Positions 36,007-45,557 of a stretch of 62,343 nucleotides of DNA are shown here, piece by piece (position 1 is the first letter of the stretch; each line of letters opens with the position of its first letter). The translations under genes were made by a program, and so were the position numbers. The notes beneath the pieces are model-generated. The model was not told where the DNA came from. It did no database searches and saw nothing but the letters and a program-made list of their open reading frames with translations. The stretch is from an archaeon (GTDB lineage Archaea > Nanobdellota > Nanobdellia > Woesearchaeales > GW2011-AR9): assembly GCA_002688265.1 (NCBI GenBank), contig NZCK01000019.1, positions 1 through 62,343 on the forward strand. The letters are read 5' to 3'.

Positions 36007-37176
36007 ATGAACGTAAAACAAATAATGCAAACAGATTTCTTGACATTTAAAGAAGAAGATGACATATCAAAGATAGTTGGATCTCTTATCAAATACAAAA
36101 AAAGAAATGCTGTAGTTTTAGATAATGAAGGAAGTTACTTAGGAATCGTAAGTAGAAAAAAACTACTTGGAAGAAAATATATTAACAGTAAAGCAAAAAA
36201 CGTGATTCTAAAAACTCCAATAGTTCTTGAAGACTTAGACTTACTGACCTGTGCAAAATTAATGCATGCAACTGGAATTAGAACTCTTCCTATAGAAAGA
36301 AAAGGAAAACTGGTTGGTTTAGTTAAAATTTTAGATTTACTTAAAGAATTGTCTTTAGAATTAGAACAAGCAAAAAATAAAGTTGCAAGCTTAACATTAG
36401 CTAAACCTGGTCCTCTAAAAAAAACAGACACAATAGCAAAAGCACTAGCTGTAATGATTAAACAAAAAGTAGACAACACTTTAGTTTTCAATGATAGGAA
36501 ACTAGAAGGAGTTCTTTCAGTAAGAGACATTTTACGTGTTGCAATGACCGGAAATCAAAGAATTTCAAACCCAGGAAAAGCAGGTAGGGGTGCCCAAAGT
36601 CGTGGTGCTGTAGTTGATAGAACGCCAGTTATGCAAATGCCTGTAGGATCTTTTATTGCTACTGGACCACTTTTAACTGTAACCAAAGAAAATACTCTAA
36701 TGGATGCTATTGCTTTAATGCATAGAAGAAATATTAGAGATATTATAGTTCAAGAGCATGATAAAGTTTTTGGGATGGTTACTACAAAAGATTTGTTGAA
36801 TTCTTTTGTTAAGGATTCTATTCAACCAAATCTTGCACTTAGTATTCGTGGTCTAAAAAAATTAGGACTACATGATATGCAAGAAGCCAGATTTTTAGCA
36901 CTGATCCGCTCTGAAGCTTTAAAATTGCAACGCAAAGCAGGAGAAGAAATTCAAATTTCTTTGCATCTGAAGATTAAGAAGGCTAAAGGAGCTGCTCATC
37001 AATATGAACTAAAACTTAAAACCGAAGGAAGTCAAGGAAGATTAATGAGTGAAGCTACTGAATGGAAACTGGATGCTGCAATTCGATCAGTTTTTAGAGC
37101 TTTAGCAGTAAGTAATGAGAAAAAATCGGTTAAAAGAAGTAGTAAGCAGAAAGGACGTGGAAGAAATAAAAGATAA
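36007..37176 (+). CDS. CBS-domain protein (about two CBS pairs) with extra C-terminal domain and basic tail
   Basis: Repeated CBS-like units (VKQIMQTDFLTF...LGIVSRKKLL; TLAKPGPLKKTDTI...LEGVLSVRDILR; PVGSFIATGPLL...FGMVTTKDLL). The C-terminal ~100 aa has an alternating beta/alpha pattern reminiscent of HPF/RaiA; this reading is weak. Confidence 0.65.
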   Translation: MNVKQIMQTDFLTFKEEDDISKIVGSLIKYKKRNAVVLDNEGSYLGIVSRKKLLGRKYINSKAKNVILKTPIVLEDLDLLTCAKLMHATGIRTLPIERKGKLVGLVKILDLLKELSLELEQAKNKVASLTLAKPGPLKKTDTIAKALAVMIKQKVDNTLVFNDRKLEGVLSVRDILRVAMTGNQRISNPGKAGRGAQSRGAVVDRTPVMQMPVGSFIATGPLLTVTKENTLMDAIALMHRRNIRDIIVQEHDKVFGMVTTKDLLNSFVKDSIQPNLALSIRGLKKLGLHDMQEARFLALIRSEALKLQRKAGEEIQISLHLKIKKAKGAAHQYELKLKTEGSQGRLMSEATEWKLDAAIRSVFRALAVSNEKKSVKRSSKQKGRGRNKR

Positions 37177-37248
37177 TTTTCTTTGTTTTTTAATTATATT
37201 TTCTATTTTTATTTATTAATAAAATGATAGTTGTGTTTAGTTGGCATA

Positions 37249-37866
37249 TTAATTAACAAACATATCTGGCCACAAACATTCTAACTTACTCCTATATTCA
37301 TTTACAAGTGGTTCGTATCTAGGATCACAACCTAATTCTTTTTCAAATGTTAAAAACAAAGTAGAATAAAACCAATGCTGCTCATCTCTTGTTCCATTAA
37401 ACCGACTCCAAAATTCTATACCTTCATCTTTTTGCTCACGACAGAAACTTTCTAAATTACAATACTTGTCAGCAAAAATTAAGACCAATTGCTGATTATT
37501 GGCACCTTGAACTTTCTCAATAACTTCTTGTTTACGACTTTTCCAACTTGATTTACTATGGATTGGTCCTTTTTCTTCCATATTTTCTGTACAAAAGTTA
37601 ACTAAATCATAAATTTCTTGATTAAAATCAACTAATAATTCATCTAAAGTATAACTAGTATCTTCAATTGTGTCATGTAAATAAGCAGCACAAACTTGGG
37701 CAGTACTACCATGCATTCGATAAATTGCATTGGCAACCTCATTTGGATGAAGAATATAAGGAATAGAAGTTCCCTTACGATATTGACTTTCATGTTGTCT
37801 TGTAGCTATTTCTTGAGCTTTGAGAATCAAATCCCAGTCATAATCTATTCGAGGAGAATTCAACAT
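37249..37866 (-). CDS. HD-domain hydrolase of the RelA/SpoT (Mesh1/small alarmone hydrolase-like) type
   Basis: ATRQHESQYRKGTSIPYILHPNEVA ... AAYLHDTIEDT is the SpoT-type HD signature. No synthetase domain. Confidence 0.7.
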   Translation of the reverse strand: MLNSPRIDYDWDLILKAQEIATRQHESQYRKGTSIPYILHPNEVANAIYRMHGSTAQVCAAYLHDTIEDTSYTLDELLVDFNQEIYDLVNFCTENMEEKGPIHSKSSWKSRKQEVIEKVQGANNQQLVLIFADKYCNLESFCREQKDEGIEFWSRFNGTRDEQHWFYSTLFLTFEKELGCDPRYEPLVNEYRSKLECLWPDMFVN

Positions 37867-37932
37867 ATAAACATAAACTGAATATAATATAAAAAGATTA
37901 TGGAGATTTAATTTAGTAGTTGTAATCTCAAC

Positions 37933-38982
37933 TCAGGACAGTTCTTTATTTCTTGTTAATTTCCAACATATCTGAAACATTTCTTGCATTTCATCAACCT
38001 TAACAATGTTAATTTTAGTTTTACTAAATGTTAATTTTTTTAAAACTAATTTTCTAATTAAAGCAGAACCTGCACCAACACCCCCTGTAAAAACTAATAA
38101 ATCTACCCCATTTAAAATTGCAATTGCTGAGCCAATAGCTTTTTGTACTTGATGAATGTAAATTTGTAAAGCTTGTTTTTCTTTGCTATTATTATTAGAT
38201 TTTTTCTGTTTTTTTATTTTTTCTAAGATTATTCTTAAGTCATTATTTCCAGTTAAACCAAGAAAACCAGATTCTTGATTGAGAATTTTGCTACTGATTT
38301 TTAGAGTTGGATCAACACTTCCAGACCTAGTCGAACCCATTATTCCTTCAAGTGGACTAAAACCCATAGAGTTATCTATACTTTTACCGTTTTTTACTGC
38401 AGTAACACTAGAGCCACTTCCTAAATGACAAATAATAGTTTTCTTTGCTAACTTTTTTTCTTTTTTTAATTTTGAGATCGCTGATTGGACTGCTAACCCA
38501 TGATATCCAAAGCGATAAATTTGGTTTTTCTTAGTAAGCCTATTTGGAATCGCATAAGTTTTAGCATAATTTGGGACACTTTTATGAAAACTTGAATCAG
38601 AACAAGCAATAATCTTGGCTTTTGGAAAATGTTTTTTAATTATAGTTATTTCTTTTAAAACAGGTTTGATGTGAAGTAGAGCTAAATGTTTTATTTCTTT
38701 TAATCTGCTAAGATATTTTTGATTGATTACTTGATGTTCTTGAAAAAAGATTCCTGGGGCAACCACCCTAACTCCAAAAATCAAATTACTTTTACGCAAA
38801 TCAATATTTTGTTTTTTTAATTTAGAAATGATTATACTGAAAATAGAGTTTTCTTTTTTTCTCCCCTTATTATTATTATTTAATGTTAATATTAATTCAG
38901 TTTTTGATTTATTTTTAATATAAACAGAGTATTTATTAGAACTGCTTCCAATATTAGACATTATAAATATTTTAGAATTCAT
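37933..38982 (-). CDS. ackA: Acetate kinase (short form)
   Basis: NIGSSSNKYSVY, YRFGYHGL and ICHLGSGSSVTAVKNGKSIDNSMGFSPLEGIMGSTRSGSVDP. ATG 38980-38982 overlaps the xfp TGA 38979-38981 (ATGA). Confidence 0.85.
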   Translation of the reverse strand: MNSKIFIMSNIGSSSNKYSVYIKNKSKTELILTLNNNNKGRKKENSIFSIIISKLKKQNIDLRKSNLIFGVRVVAPGIFFQEHQVINQKYLSRLKEIKHLALLHIKPVLKEITIIKKHFPKAKIIACSDSSFHKSVPNYAKTYAIPNRLTKKNQIYRFGYHGLAVQSAISKLKKEKKLAKKTIICHLGSGSSVTAVKNGKSIDNSMGFSPLEGIMGSTRSGSVDPTLKISSKILNQESGFLGLTGNNDLRIILEKIKKQKKSNNNSKEKQALQIYIHQVQKAIGSAIAILNGVDLLVFTGGVGAGSALIRKLVLKKLTFSKTKINIVKVDEMQEMFQICWKLTRNKELS

Positions 38983-41360
38983 ACTTTCTCCCATTTCCAA
39001 AATTTTATTTCTTCAGGGTCTTCACCATACTTTAAGATGTACTTTTTATGATCTCTAAGTTTTTGTTCGAAAGAGATGATCTTCTTTTGAGCTTGTTTCT
39101 TAGAAATCTTTTTTTCTTTTAGCAGTAGGTTTGTAGCTTCTATACACAAATGAAATCTACTTGTTTGATTTCTCACATGCATATCAAAAGGAGTTGTTGT
39201 AGAACCATGTTCAGTGTAACCGTGAACATGAAATCTTTTTGGGTTTTCATGATGAATTAAAAGTGAATTAACATCATTTGGATAACCATGATAGTTAAAA
39301 ATAACTGGTTTGTTCTTTGTGAATAATTTTGCAAGTTTATTTTTTCTTAGTTTGTTGTGATTTTCATCAGTAATTTGTCCAATACCAATAGAAGTTAACT
39401 CCATAATGTTAATGAATCTAATTTTTATATTAGGAAAATCTATCTTGAGACATTGAATTGCTGCAATTGACTCTTTGGTTAGATAATCTCCAACTGCTGC
39501 AAAAATGATGTCTGGATTATTGTCACTTAGAAAATCCCATTGCATGAAACCTTGTTCTAATTCTTTTTTAGCCATATCTAAAGTTAACCAACGAGGTTCT
39601 ACAGTTTTTCCAGCAACAATAACATTAATTTTGTCTGTTGATTTGAGGCATTTTTCTAAAACAGCTAAAGTACTTGATCCATCTGGGGGGAAATAAACAT
39701 TGGCAATATTTCCTGGTTTTTCTAACATACCACTAATAAATTTAGGATTTTGATGCGAAAAACCATTATGTTCTTGACGCCAACCACTTGACGTAAGAAT
39801 GTAATTTATAGACGCTGCACCACGTCTCCAAGGAATTTCTCTTGATACTCTAATAAACTTTTCATATTGGTCAGCCATACTACTGATTATTTCAATAAAA
39901 GCTTCATAGGAAGCCAAAATGGCATGGCGGCCAGTTAAAATGTAACCTTGTGTTAAACCCTGAAGTGTGTGTTCGCTTAACATTTCAATTACCTTACCAG
40001 AGTTTGCTATATCAGTGTCCCAAGATTTTTTGGGCCATACAAATGCTCTTTTTGTAGATTTGAACATAGCGTCTAATTTGTTAGAGTAAGTTTCATCAGG
40101 AGAAAATAATCTGAAATTATCAGGATTGAGTTTAGTTAATTGTTCCAAATATGCTCCAGCTCTTCTCATACTACTAGAACCAATTGTCCCTGGGATGCTT
40201 GAGTCCTCAGTTAAGTTTTTGATGTTTGGTAATTTGAGTTTCTGTTTGATCTTAGCAGCGTAGGCATGATGATTTAAACCCATACAATATTTTTCTTTAG
40301 GAGTTATAGATTTTATCTCTTTACAGAATCCTGTCTTTTCTGAAAACAATTCTTCAAATTTGTAAGATTTAAACCATTTTTCAATTTTTTCTAATTCGTA
40401 ATCGTCAGTTTTCGCTTTCTTTCCCACAACTTGATGCGATAAACAGTTCCCTTCTATTTTTTTATGATGTAATTCTTTTATACCTGTCCAACCTTTTTTT
40501 GATCTTAAAATAATCATTGGAAATTTGGGTTTGTTTTTTTGTTTCTTTGATTTTTTGTTTCTTGCGTCATTTTGAATTTTAGTAATTGTTTTGTAAGCTA
40601 AATTTATTGCATTATACATGCTGCTATACATTTTATTATCTTCTTTTTCATCAACAATAATCGGAAGGTACCCATAACCTTTGAATAAATTTTTTAATTC
40701 AGAATTAGACATTCTACCATAAATAGTTGGTCCTGAGATTTTGTATCCATTTAGATGCAAAATAGGTAAGACAGCACCATTAGTTTTAGGATCAATAAAT
40801 TTGTTGCAATGCCAAGCGGTTGCTGTTGGACCAGTTTCAGCTTCACCATCTCCTACTAAGCAAGTTACAATCAAATTGGGATTGTCAAGAATAGCTCCAT
40901 AACTTGTGGCTAAGGCGTAACCTAATTCTCCTCCTTCTAAAATAACTCCTGGTGCCCCCGGGTTACTGTGACTTGGAAAACCGTAAGGCCAACTAAATTG
41001 GCTAGTAATATATTGCAAACCTGCTTTTGTTTTCTTTGCTTTTTTGTAAAATTTTTCAAGGCTACCTTCCATAAATAAGTTAGCTTGTAGTGCAGGAAAT
41101 CCGTGACCTGGCCCCAAAACAAAAAGCATACTTTGATTTGTTTCTTTGATTAATCTTTGTAGATTAGCGTAAACAAAATTTATTCCTGGACTTGTTCCCC
41201 AATGGCCAAGTAGTCTTGGTTTAATATCTTTATGACTGAGTTGTTTATTTAGAAGAACGTTGTTTTGTAAGTAGATTTGGGCAGCTGCAATGTAATTTGC
41301 TGCTCGGTGGTATTTCTTTATTGCATCAATTGCTTTTGCTTTAGTTAATTTTGGAACCAT
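38979..41360 (-). CDS. xfp: Phosphoketolase (xylulose-5-P/fructose-6-P)
   Basis: GHWGTSPG, EGGELGY, GDGEAETGP, 793 aa. Confidence 0.92.
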   Translation of the reverse strand: MVPKLTKAKAIDAIKKYHRAANYIAAAQIYLQNNVLLNKQLSHKDIKPRLLGHWGTSPGINFVYANLQRLIKETNQSMLFVLGPGHGFPALQANLFMEGSLEKFYKKAKKTKAGLQYITSQFSWPYGFPSHSNPGAPGVILEGGELGYALATSYGAILDNPNLIVTCLVGDGEAETGPTATAWHCNKFIDPKTNGAVLPILHLNGYKISGPTIYGRMSNSELKNLFKGYGYLPIIVDEKEDNKMYSSMYNAINLAYKTITKIQNDARNKKSKKQKNKPKFPMIILRSKKGWTGIKELHHKKIEGNCLSHQVVGKKAKTDDYELEKIEKWFKSYKFEELFSEKTGFCKEIKSITPKEKYCMGLNHHAYAAKIKQKLKLPNIKNLTEDSSIPGTIGSSSMRRAGAYLEQLTKLNPDNFRLFSPDETYSNKLDAMFKSTKRAFVWPKKSWDTDIANSGKVIEMLSEHTLQGLTQGYILTGRHAILASYEAFIEIISSMADQYEKFIRVSREIPWRRGAASINYILTSSGWRQEHNGFSHQNPKFISGMLEKPGNIANVYFPPDGSSTLAVLEKCLKSTDKINVIVAGKTVEPRWLTLDMAKKELEQGFMQWDFLSDNNPDIIFAAVGDYLTKESIAAIQCLKIDFPNIKIRFINIMELTSIGIGQITDENHNKLRKNKLAKLFTKNKPVIFNYHGYPNDVNSLLIHHENPKRFHVHGYTEHGSTTTPFDMHVRNQTSRFHLCIEATNLLLKEKKISKKQAQKKIISFEQKLRDHKKYILKYGEDPEEIKFWKWEKV

Positions 41361-41485
41361 CTATATAAAATAAAGAAAAAAAGCTATATTAATGTATCGA
41401 ATGAGAGTTGCTTTTTTAATTGTTTATGATAATTTTTTTAAAAGATTTATTCCAAGATAGTTATTACTTTGACTTTGTGGATAGA

Positions 41486-41497
41486 CTTTAAATATAT
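41486..41497 (+). promoter_or_regulatory. TATA-like box CTTTAAATATAT upstream of the ARH-PRT fusion gene
   Basis: Ends 20 nt before ATG 41517. Confidence 0.4.
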
Positions 41498-41516
41498 TGT
41501 TTAATTTTCATGGAAT

Positions 41517-42968
41517 ATGGATACAATAAAGAAATGCCAAAATCTTATGCTAGGCATAGCTATAGGAGATGCATTTGGAGCTGGATATGAAAATTTATCA
41601 AGGAGCGAAGTACAAGAAGCCCTTAATATGACTCAATATGACTGTTATCCATTTGAGTCTGGTCACAAACCAGGACATTATACAGATGATACTCAAATGT
41701 CTATAGCTGTTGCAAAAACATTATATGGTATGTGTTTTGACAGAAGGAATCTTACTCATTCATTTTTGGAAGAATATAAATCAAATAATATCATAGGATA
41801 TTCAAGAGGTTTTTTATCTATATTAGAAGCATCAAAATCTCCTGAAGATTTTATCAATAATGTGGTCCATACAGAACGAAATGGTGCAGTAATGCGAGCA
41901 GTACCTATTGGTGTACTACAAGATATTAAAAAAGTCGTAGAAAATAGTGTTATTAATGCTCAAATCTCTCATAATACTGATAGTGCAATAACAGCATCTG
42001 TTGCAATTGCTCTTGCTTCTCATTATTTCTTTTATAATCTTGGTCAACCAAGTGAAGTTATTGAGTTTTGTATTGATAATATGGGTGGGTTTAATCCTGA
42101 GTCATTAGAATATCTTGCTGAAGTGTCAAAAATGGGTGAATTAAAACCTGAAATTTTGTTTGGAGAGGAAAACAAAGATCATGGGGTGCCTATTCACGGA
42201 TTAAAAACTGCTGGTGCAGTATTGTATCTTTTAACTCGTTATTCCCATGATGGAATGGAAACTTTAAAGCAAGCAGTTTTACTTTTGGGAGATACTGATA
42301 CAACATCATCAATAGCATTAGGGATAGTACAATCCGCAAGTGAAGGAGGATTGGATGATTTTCTCCAAGATGATCTACAAAACGGGGATTATGGGAAAGA
42401 TTATATTCGAAGAATAGGAACAAGGCTTGCTACCATTCTTCCTATGGAAGTTAGGAGCATAAAACGGCTAAATTATCCTGGTAGTCGTCAATCAATGATA
42501 GTGCAAACACTTGACGGTCTGCTTGAAATTTTGGATCCAATTTATCTTACTCAAGTAATGAAACAATTATTTGATCAAATTGACTATAAACCAACTGACA
42601 TAATCTTAGCGGTTGATGCATCAGGATACATCCCTGCTGTTGCTGCATCGATAGTTACTGGTTTAAAACTTGGAGCATCTAAGAAAGCTGATTTGGAAAT
42701 TTCAAATAGAATTGAGTTTTATGAACCTGGAACTCCTAATCCAAATGTATTCATGTATTCCATACCAGATAATAGCCGTGTAATTATTGTTGATGATGAA
42801 ATAATGTCAGGAAATACAGCATATAATGCTGCTAAAGCACTTATGGAGAATGGTCATAAAGTACTTGCCACAGTTGTTCCTGTTGAATCAACTAGACATA
42901 ATTCCAGAGAAAAGCTTAGCAGTAAGGGGATTTCCTTAATAAGTCATACTAAGCATGATTTCTCCTAG
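41517..42968 (+). CDS. ADP-ribosylglycohydrolase (ARH/DraG family) fused to a type I phosphoribosyltransferase domain
   Basis: N-terminus has GIAIGDAFGAGYE, GHYTDDTQMSIAVA and LLLGDTDTTSSIALGI. C-terminus has the PRPP-binding loop RVIIVDDEIMSGNTAYNAAKAL. Confidence 0.75.
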   Translation: MDTIKKCQNLMLGIAIGDAFGAGYENLSRSEVQEALNMTQYDCYPFESGHKPGHYTDDTQMSIAVAKTLYGMCFDRRNLTHSFLEEYKSNNIIGYSRGFLSILEASKSPEDFINNVVHTERNGAVMRAVPIGVLQDIKKVVENSVINAQISHNTDSAITASVAIALASHYFFYNLGQPSEVIEFCIDNMGGFNPESLEYLAEVSKMGELKPEILFGEENKDHGVPIHGLKTAGAVLYLLTRYSHDGMETLKQAVLLLGDTDTTSSIALGIVQSASEGGLDDFLQDDLQNGDYGKDYIRRIGTRLATILPMEVRSIKRLNYPGSRQSMIVQTLDGLLEILDPIYLTQVMKQLFDQIDYKPTDIILAVDASGYIPAVAASIVTGLKLGASKKADLEISNRIEFYEPGTPNPNVFMYSIPDNSRVIIVDDEIMSGNTAYNAAKALMENGHKVLATVVPVESTRHNSREKLSSKGISLISHTKHDFS

Positions 42969-43248
42969 TAATAATAATGCACAGCAAAACTTTTAGAAGC
43001 CAGACTTTTAGGGAATAAAAATATTTAGGGAATAAAAATTATTAGCTTTTTACTTCAGTGCCTCTTATTTTTAATTATAATTAGATTTTCAACTGCGAAG
43101 TTTCTAGGAAATAAAAGAAAAGTATTTTACTCTGACTTTCTGTAAATTAATTATTGAATAAATTTATAGTTCTGATATAAACTCTGTTATACTCAAATTA
43201 CATTTCTCCCCACAATTTATTTAAAGCAGTAGCGGTCTTTTTAGTTTT

Positions 43249-44001
43249 ATGACAGAAAGAGCTGAATATAAATTAGTTTCAATGAAACAAGAAACAAAAG
43301 ACACAGTTAGTTTTGTACTTTCTGGTCCTTCACTTGAACATCAAGCAGGGCAATTTGTTATGCTTGAATATCCAGGCAAAGATGCTTCTGCTAAAGAAGC
43401 TGATAAACCAGTAAAACGTGCTTATTCGATCGCTAGTGGACCTAAGCGAGCAAGATGGGGCAACATTGAACTCTGTGTGAAAGAAATGCCTGGAGGGTGG
43501 ATTTCAAAATTATTACAGAATGTAACCTTGTCAACATCATTTTTTTTATCAGGACCATTTGGTCGTTTTATCTTTAATCCTGAAGAACATAAAGATATTG
43601 TGATGCTCGGTGCAGGATCAGGAATTGCACCATTTGCAGCTTTCTTAGAAGAAATCAGAGACCTTAAGTTAGATACAAAAGCAATGTTAGTGTTTAGTAA
43701 CAAAACTGAAGAAGATATTATTTATCGAAAATTGCTTAATGATTTAGTTAGTCATTGCAAAAATGCTGAAGTCCATTACACTTTAACTCGTCATACAAAA
43801 GAAGATATTGAAGGTGAAGATATTTGGCTTGGAAAAACAGGTAGAATAGACGCTACTATGCTTAGTCATTTGTGTGGTGAAGATTTGTCTTCTAAAGATT
43901 TTTTTATCTGTGGACCACTCGTGTTTGCTAAAGAGATGCGCAGAATACTTGAAGAGTTAGGTGTTGATAAGGAGCAAGTACATTTTGAAAGTTATGGGTA
44001 G
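43249..44001 (+). CDS. Ferredoxin-NADP reductase-like FAD/NAD(P)-binding oxidoreductase
   Basis: RAYSIAS (RxYS FAD motif), GAGSGIAPF (NAD(P) motif), 250 aa. No Fe-S tail seen. Confidence 0.75.
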   Translation: MTERAEYKLVSMKQETKDTVSFVLSGPSLEHQAGQFVMLEYPGKDASAKEADKPVKRAYSIASGPKRARWGNIELCVKEMPGGWISKLLQNVTLSTSFFLSGPFGRFIFNPEEHKDIVMLGAGSGIAPFAAFLEEIRDLKLDTKAMLVFSNKTEEDIIYRKLLNDLVSHCKNAEVHYTLTRHTKEDIEGEDIWLGKTGRIDATMLSHLCGEDLSSKDFFICGPLVFAKEMRRILEELGVDKEQVHFESYG

Positions 44002-44010
44002 GTATGAATA

Positions 44011-45552
44011 ATGGAAGAAAAGAAATTTACTGAAGAAGGACATTTGATCAAAGAGAAAAAGAAAGGCATAGCAGAGTCTGGCTCAGAAACAGCAATGCCA
44101 GAAGATATTTCTTGTGTTGGTACTTGCTGCTGGGAGTTACCAATGACTCATAAAGAAGGAATGAGAGTTCCAGCACGAATAATTGCTAATAAAGAATTAA
44201 TTGAGCAAATGGATAAAGGAGTCTTTGATCAAATAACTAATGTTGCATCACTTCCAGGGATTCAAAAGTATGCGTATTGTATGAGTGATGGGCACTGGGG
44301 CTACGGATTTCCAATTGGTGGAGTTGCAGCCTTTGATCCAAAACAAGGCGGAGTAATTAGCCCTGGCGGTATCGGTTTTGATATCAACTGCGGGATGAGA
44401 TTAATTCGAACTAATTTGCACGTTTCAGAAGTGCAACCTAAAATCAAAGAGTTAATGCACTTATTGTATAAGAAAGTTCCAACAGGTGTTGGGCTTAAAG
44501 GAACTTTTAGACCAACTCAAGATGAATTTGATCAAGTAATGCTTAAAGGAGCAGAATTTATTATCAACAAAGGTTTCGGTTGGCCTGAAGATTTAGAACA
44601 TATTGAGAGCAAAGGAGTTATCCCTGGTGCTGATCCTTCTAAAGTATCTGATAAAGCTAGAAAGCGAGGAATTAATCAACTTGGAACTTTAGGCTCAGGT
44701 AACCATTACTTAGAAGTTCAAGTTTCTGATAAAGAAAACATTGGTGATGAAAAAGCAGCAGCAGCTTTTGGAATCGATAAAGACGGCCAAGTTGTTGTAA
44801 TGGTGCATTGTGGTAGTCGTGGTTTTGGACATCAAATCGGAACTGATTATCTAAGAATGTTCGTTGAAGAAACAATGCCAAAGTATGGAATCAAAATTTT
44901 AGATAAAGAACTTGCTTGTGCTCCATTTGATTCACCTGAAGGTCAAGCATATTTTGCAGCAATGGCCTGCGGAGCTAACATGGCTTTTGCAAATAGGCAA
45001 GTCATCACTCACAAAATCCGAGAAGCTTTTGAAAAAATCTTTGGCAAAACTGCACGTGAGATGGAAATGTATTTAGTTTACGATGTAGCTCACAACATTG
45101 CTAAGGTTGAGAAGCATAAAATTGACGGCGTTGAGAAAGAATTGGTTGTACATCGTAAAGGAAGTACCAGATCTTTTGGACCAGGTCGAGCTGATGAATT
45201 GCCTGAAGATTACAAAGAAGTTGGACAGCCAGTTATTTTAGGTGGGTCAATGGAAACTGGATCTTATTTGTTAGTTGGTCAAGATGGCAGTGAGGAAACT
45301 TTTGGATCAACTGCGCACGGAGCTGGCAGAGTAATGTCTAGAATGAAAGCAAAAAAACTTTGGCGCGGAGATGAACTTCAGAAACGAATGGAAGAGAAGG
45401 GCATCTACGTTAAAGGAGCATCAATGAAAGGTCTTGCTGAAGAAGCAGGTGGGGCTTACAAAGATGTACATGCAGTTGTGAAAACTCTTGAAGAAGCAGG
45501 TATTACTAAAAGGGTTGCAATGCTAAGGCCTATTGGGAATATTAAAGGTTGA
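44011..45552 (+). CDS. rtcB: RNA-splicing ligase RtcB
   Basis: GGIGFDINCGMR, GSGNHYLEVQ, HCGSRGFGHQ, HNIAKVE, HRKGSTR and GSTAHGAGR. Confidence 0.93.
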   Translation: MEEKKFTEEGHLIKEKKKGIAESGSETAMPEDISCVGTCCWELPMTHKEGMRVPARIIANKELIEQMDKGVFDQITNVASLPGIQKYAYCMSDGHWGYGFPIGGVAAFDPKQGGVISPGGIGFDINCGMRLIRTNLHVSEVQPKIKELMHLLYKKVPTGVGLKGTFRPTQDEFDQVMLKGAEFIINKGFGWPEDLEHIESKGVIPGADPSKVSDKARKRGINQLGTLGSGNHYLEVQVSDKENIGDEKAAAAFGIDKDGQVVVMVHCGSRGFGHQIGTDYLRMFVEETMPKYGIKILDKELACAPFDSPEGQAYFAAMACGANMAFANRQVITHKIREAFEKIFGKTAREMEMYLVYDVAHNIAKVEKHKIDGVEKELVVHRKGSTRSFGPGRADELPEDYKEVGQPVILGGSMETGSYLLVGQDGSEETFGSTAHGAGRVMSRMKAKKLWRGDELQKRMEEKGIYVKGASMKGLAEEAGGAYKDVHAVVKTLEEAGITKRVAMLRPIGNIKG

Positions 45553-45557
45553 AGAAT

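Noticed and set aside
43004-43039. Tandem duplication TTTAGGGAATAAAAAT x2 in the spacer after the ARH-PRT gene
   Set aside because: There are only two copies of a 16-17-nt A/T-rich unit, with no spacer structure, so it is not CRISPR-like. It is probably replication slippage or a minor regulatory repeat, and is too weak to call.
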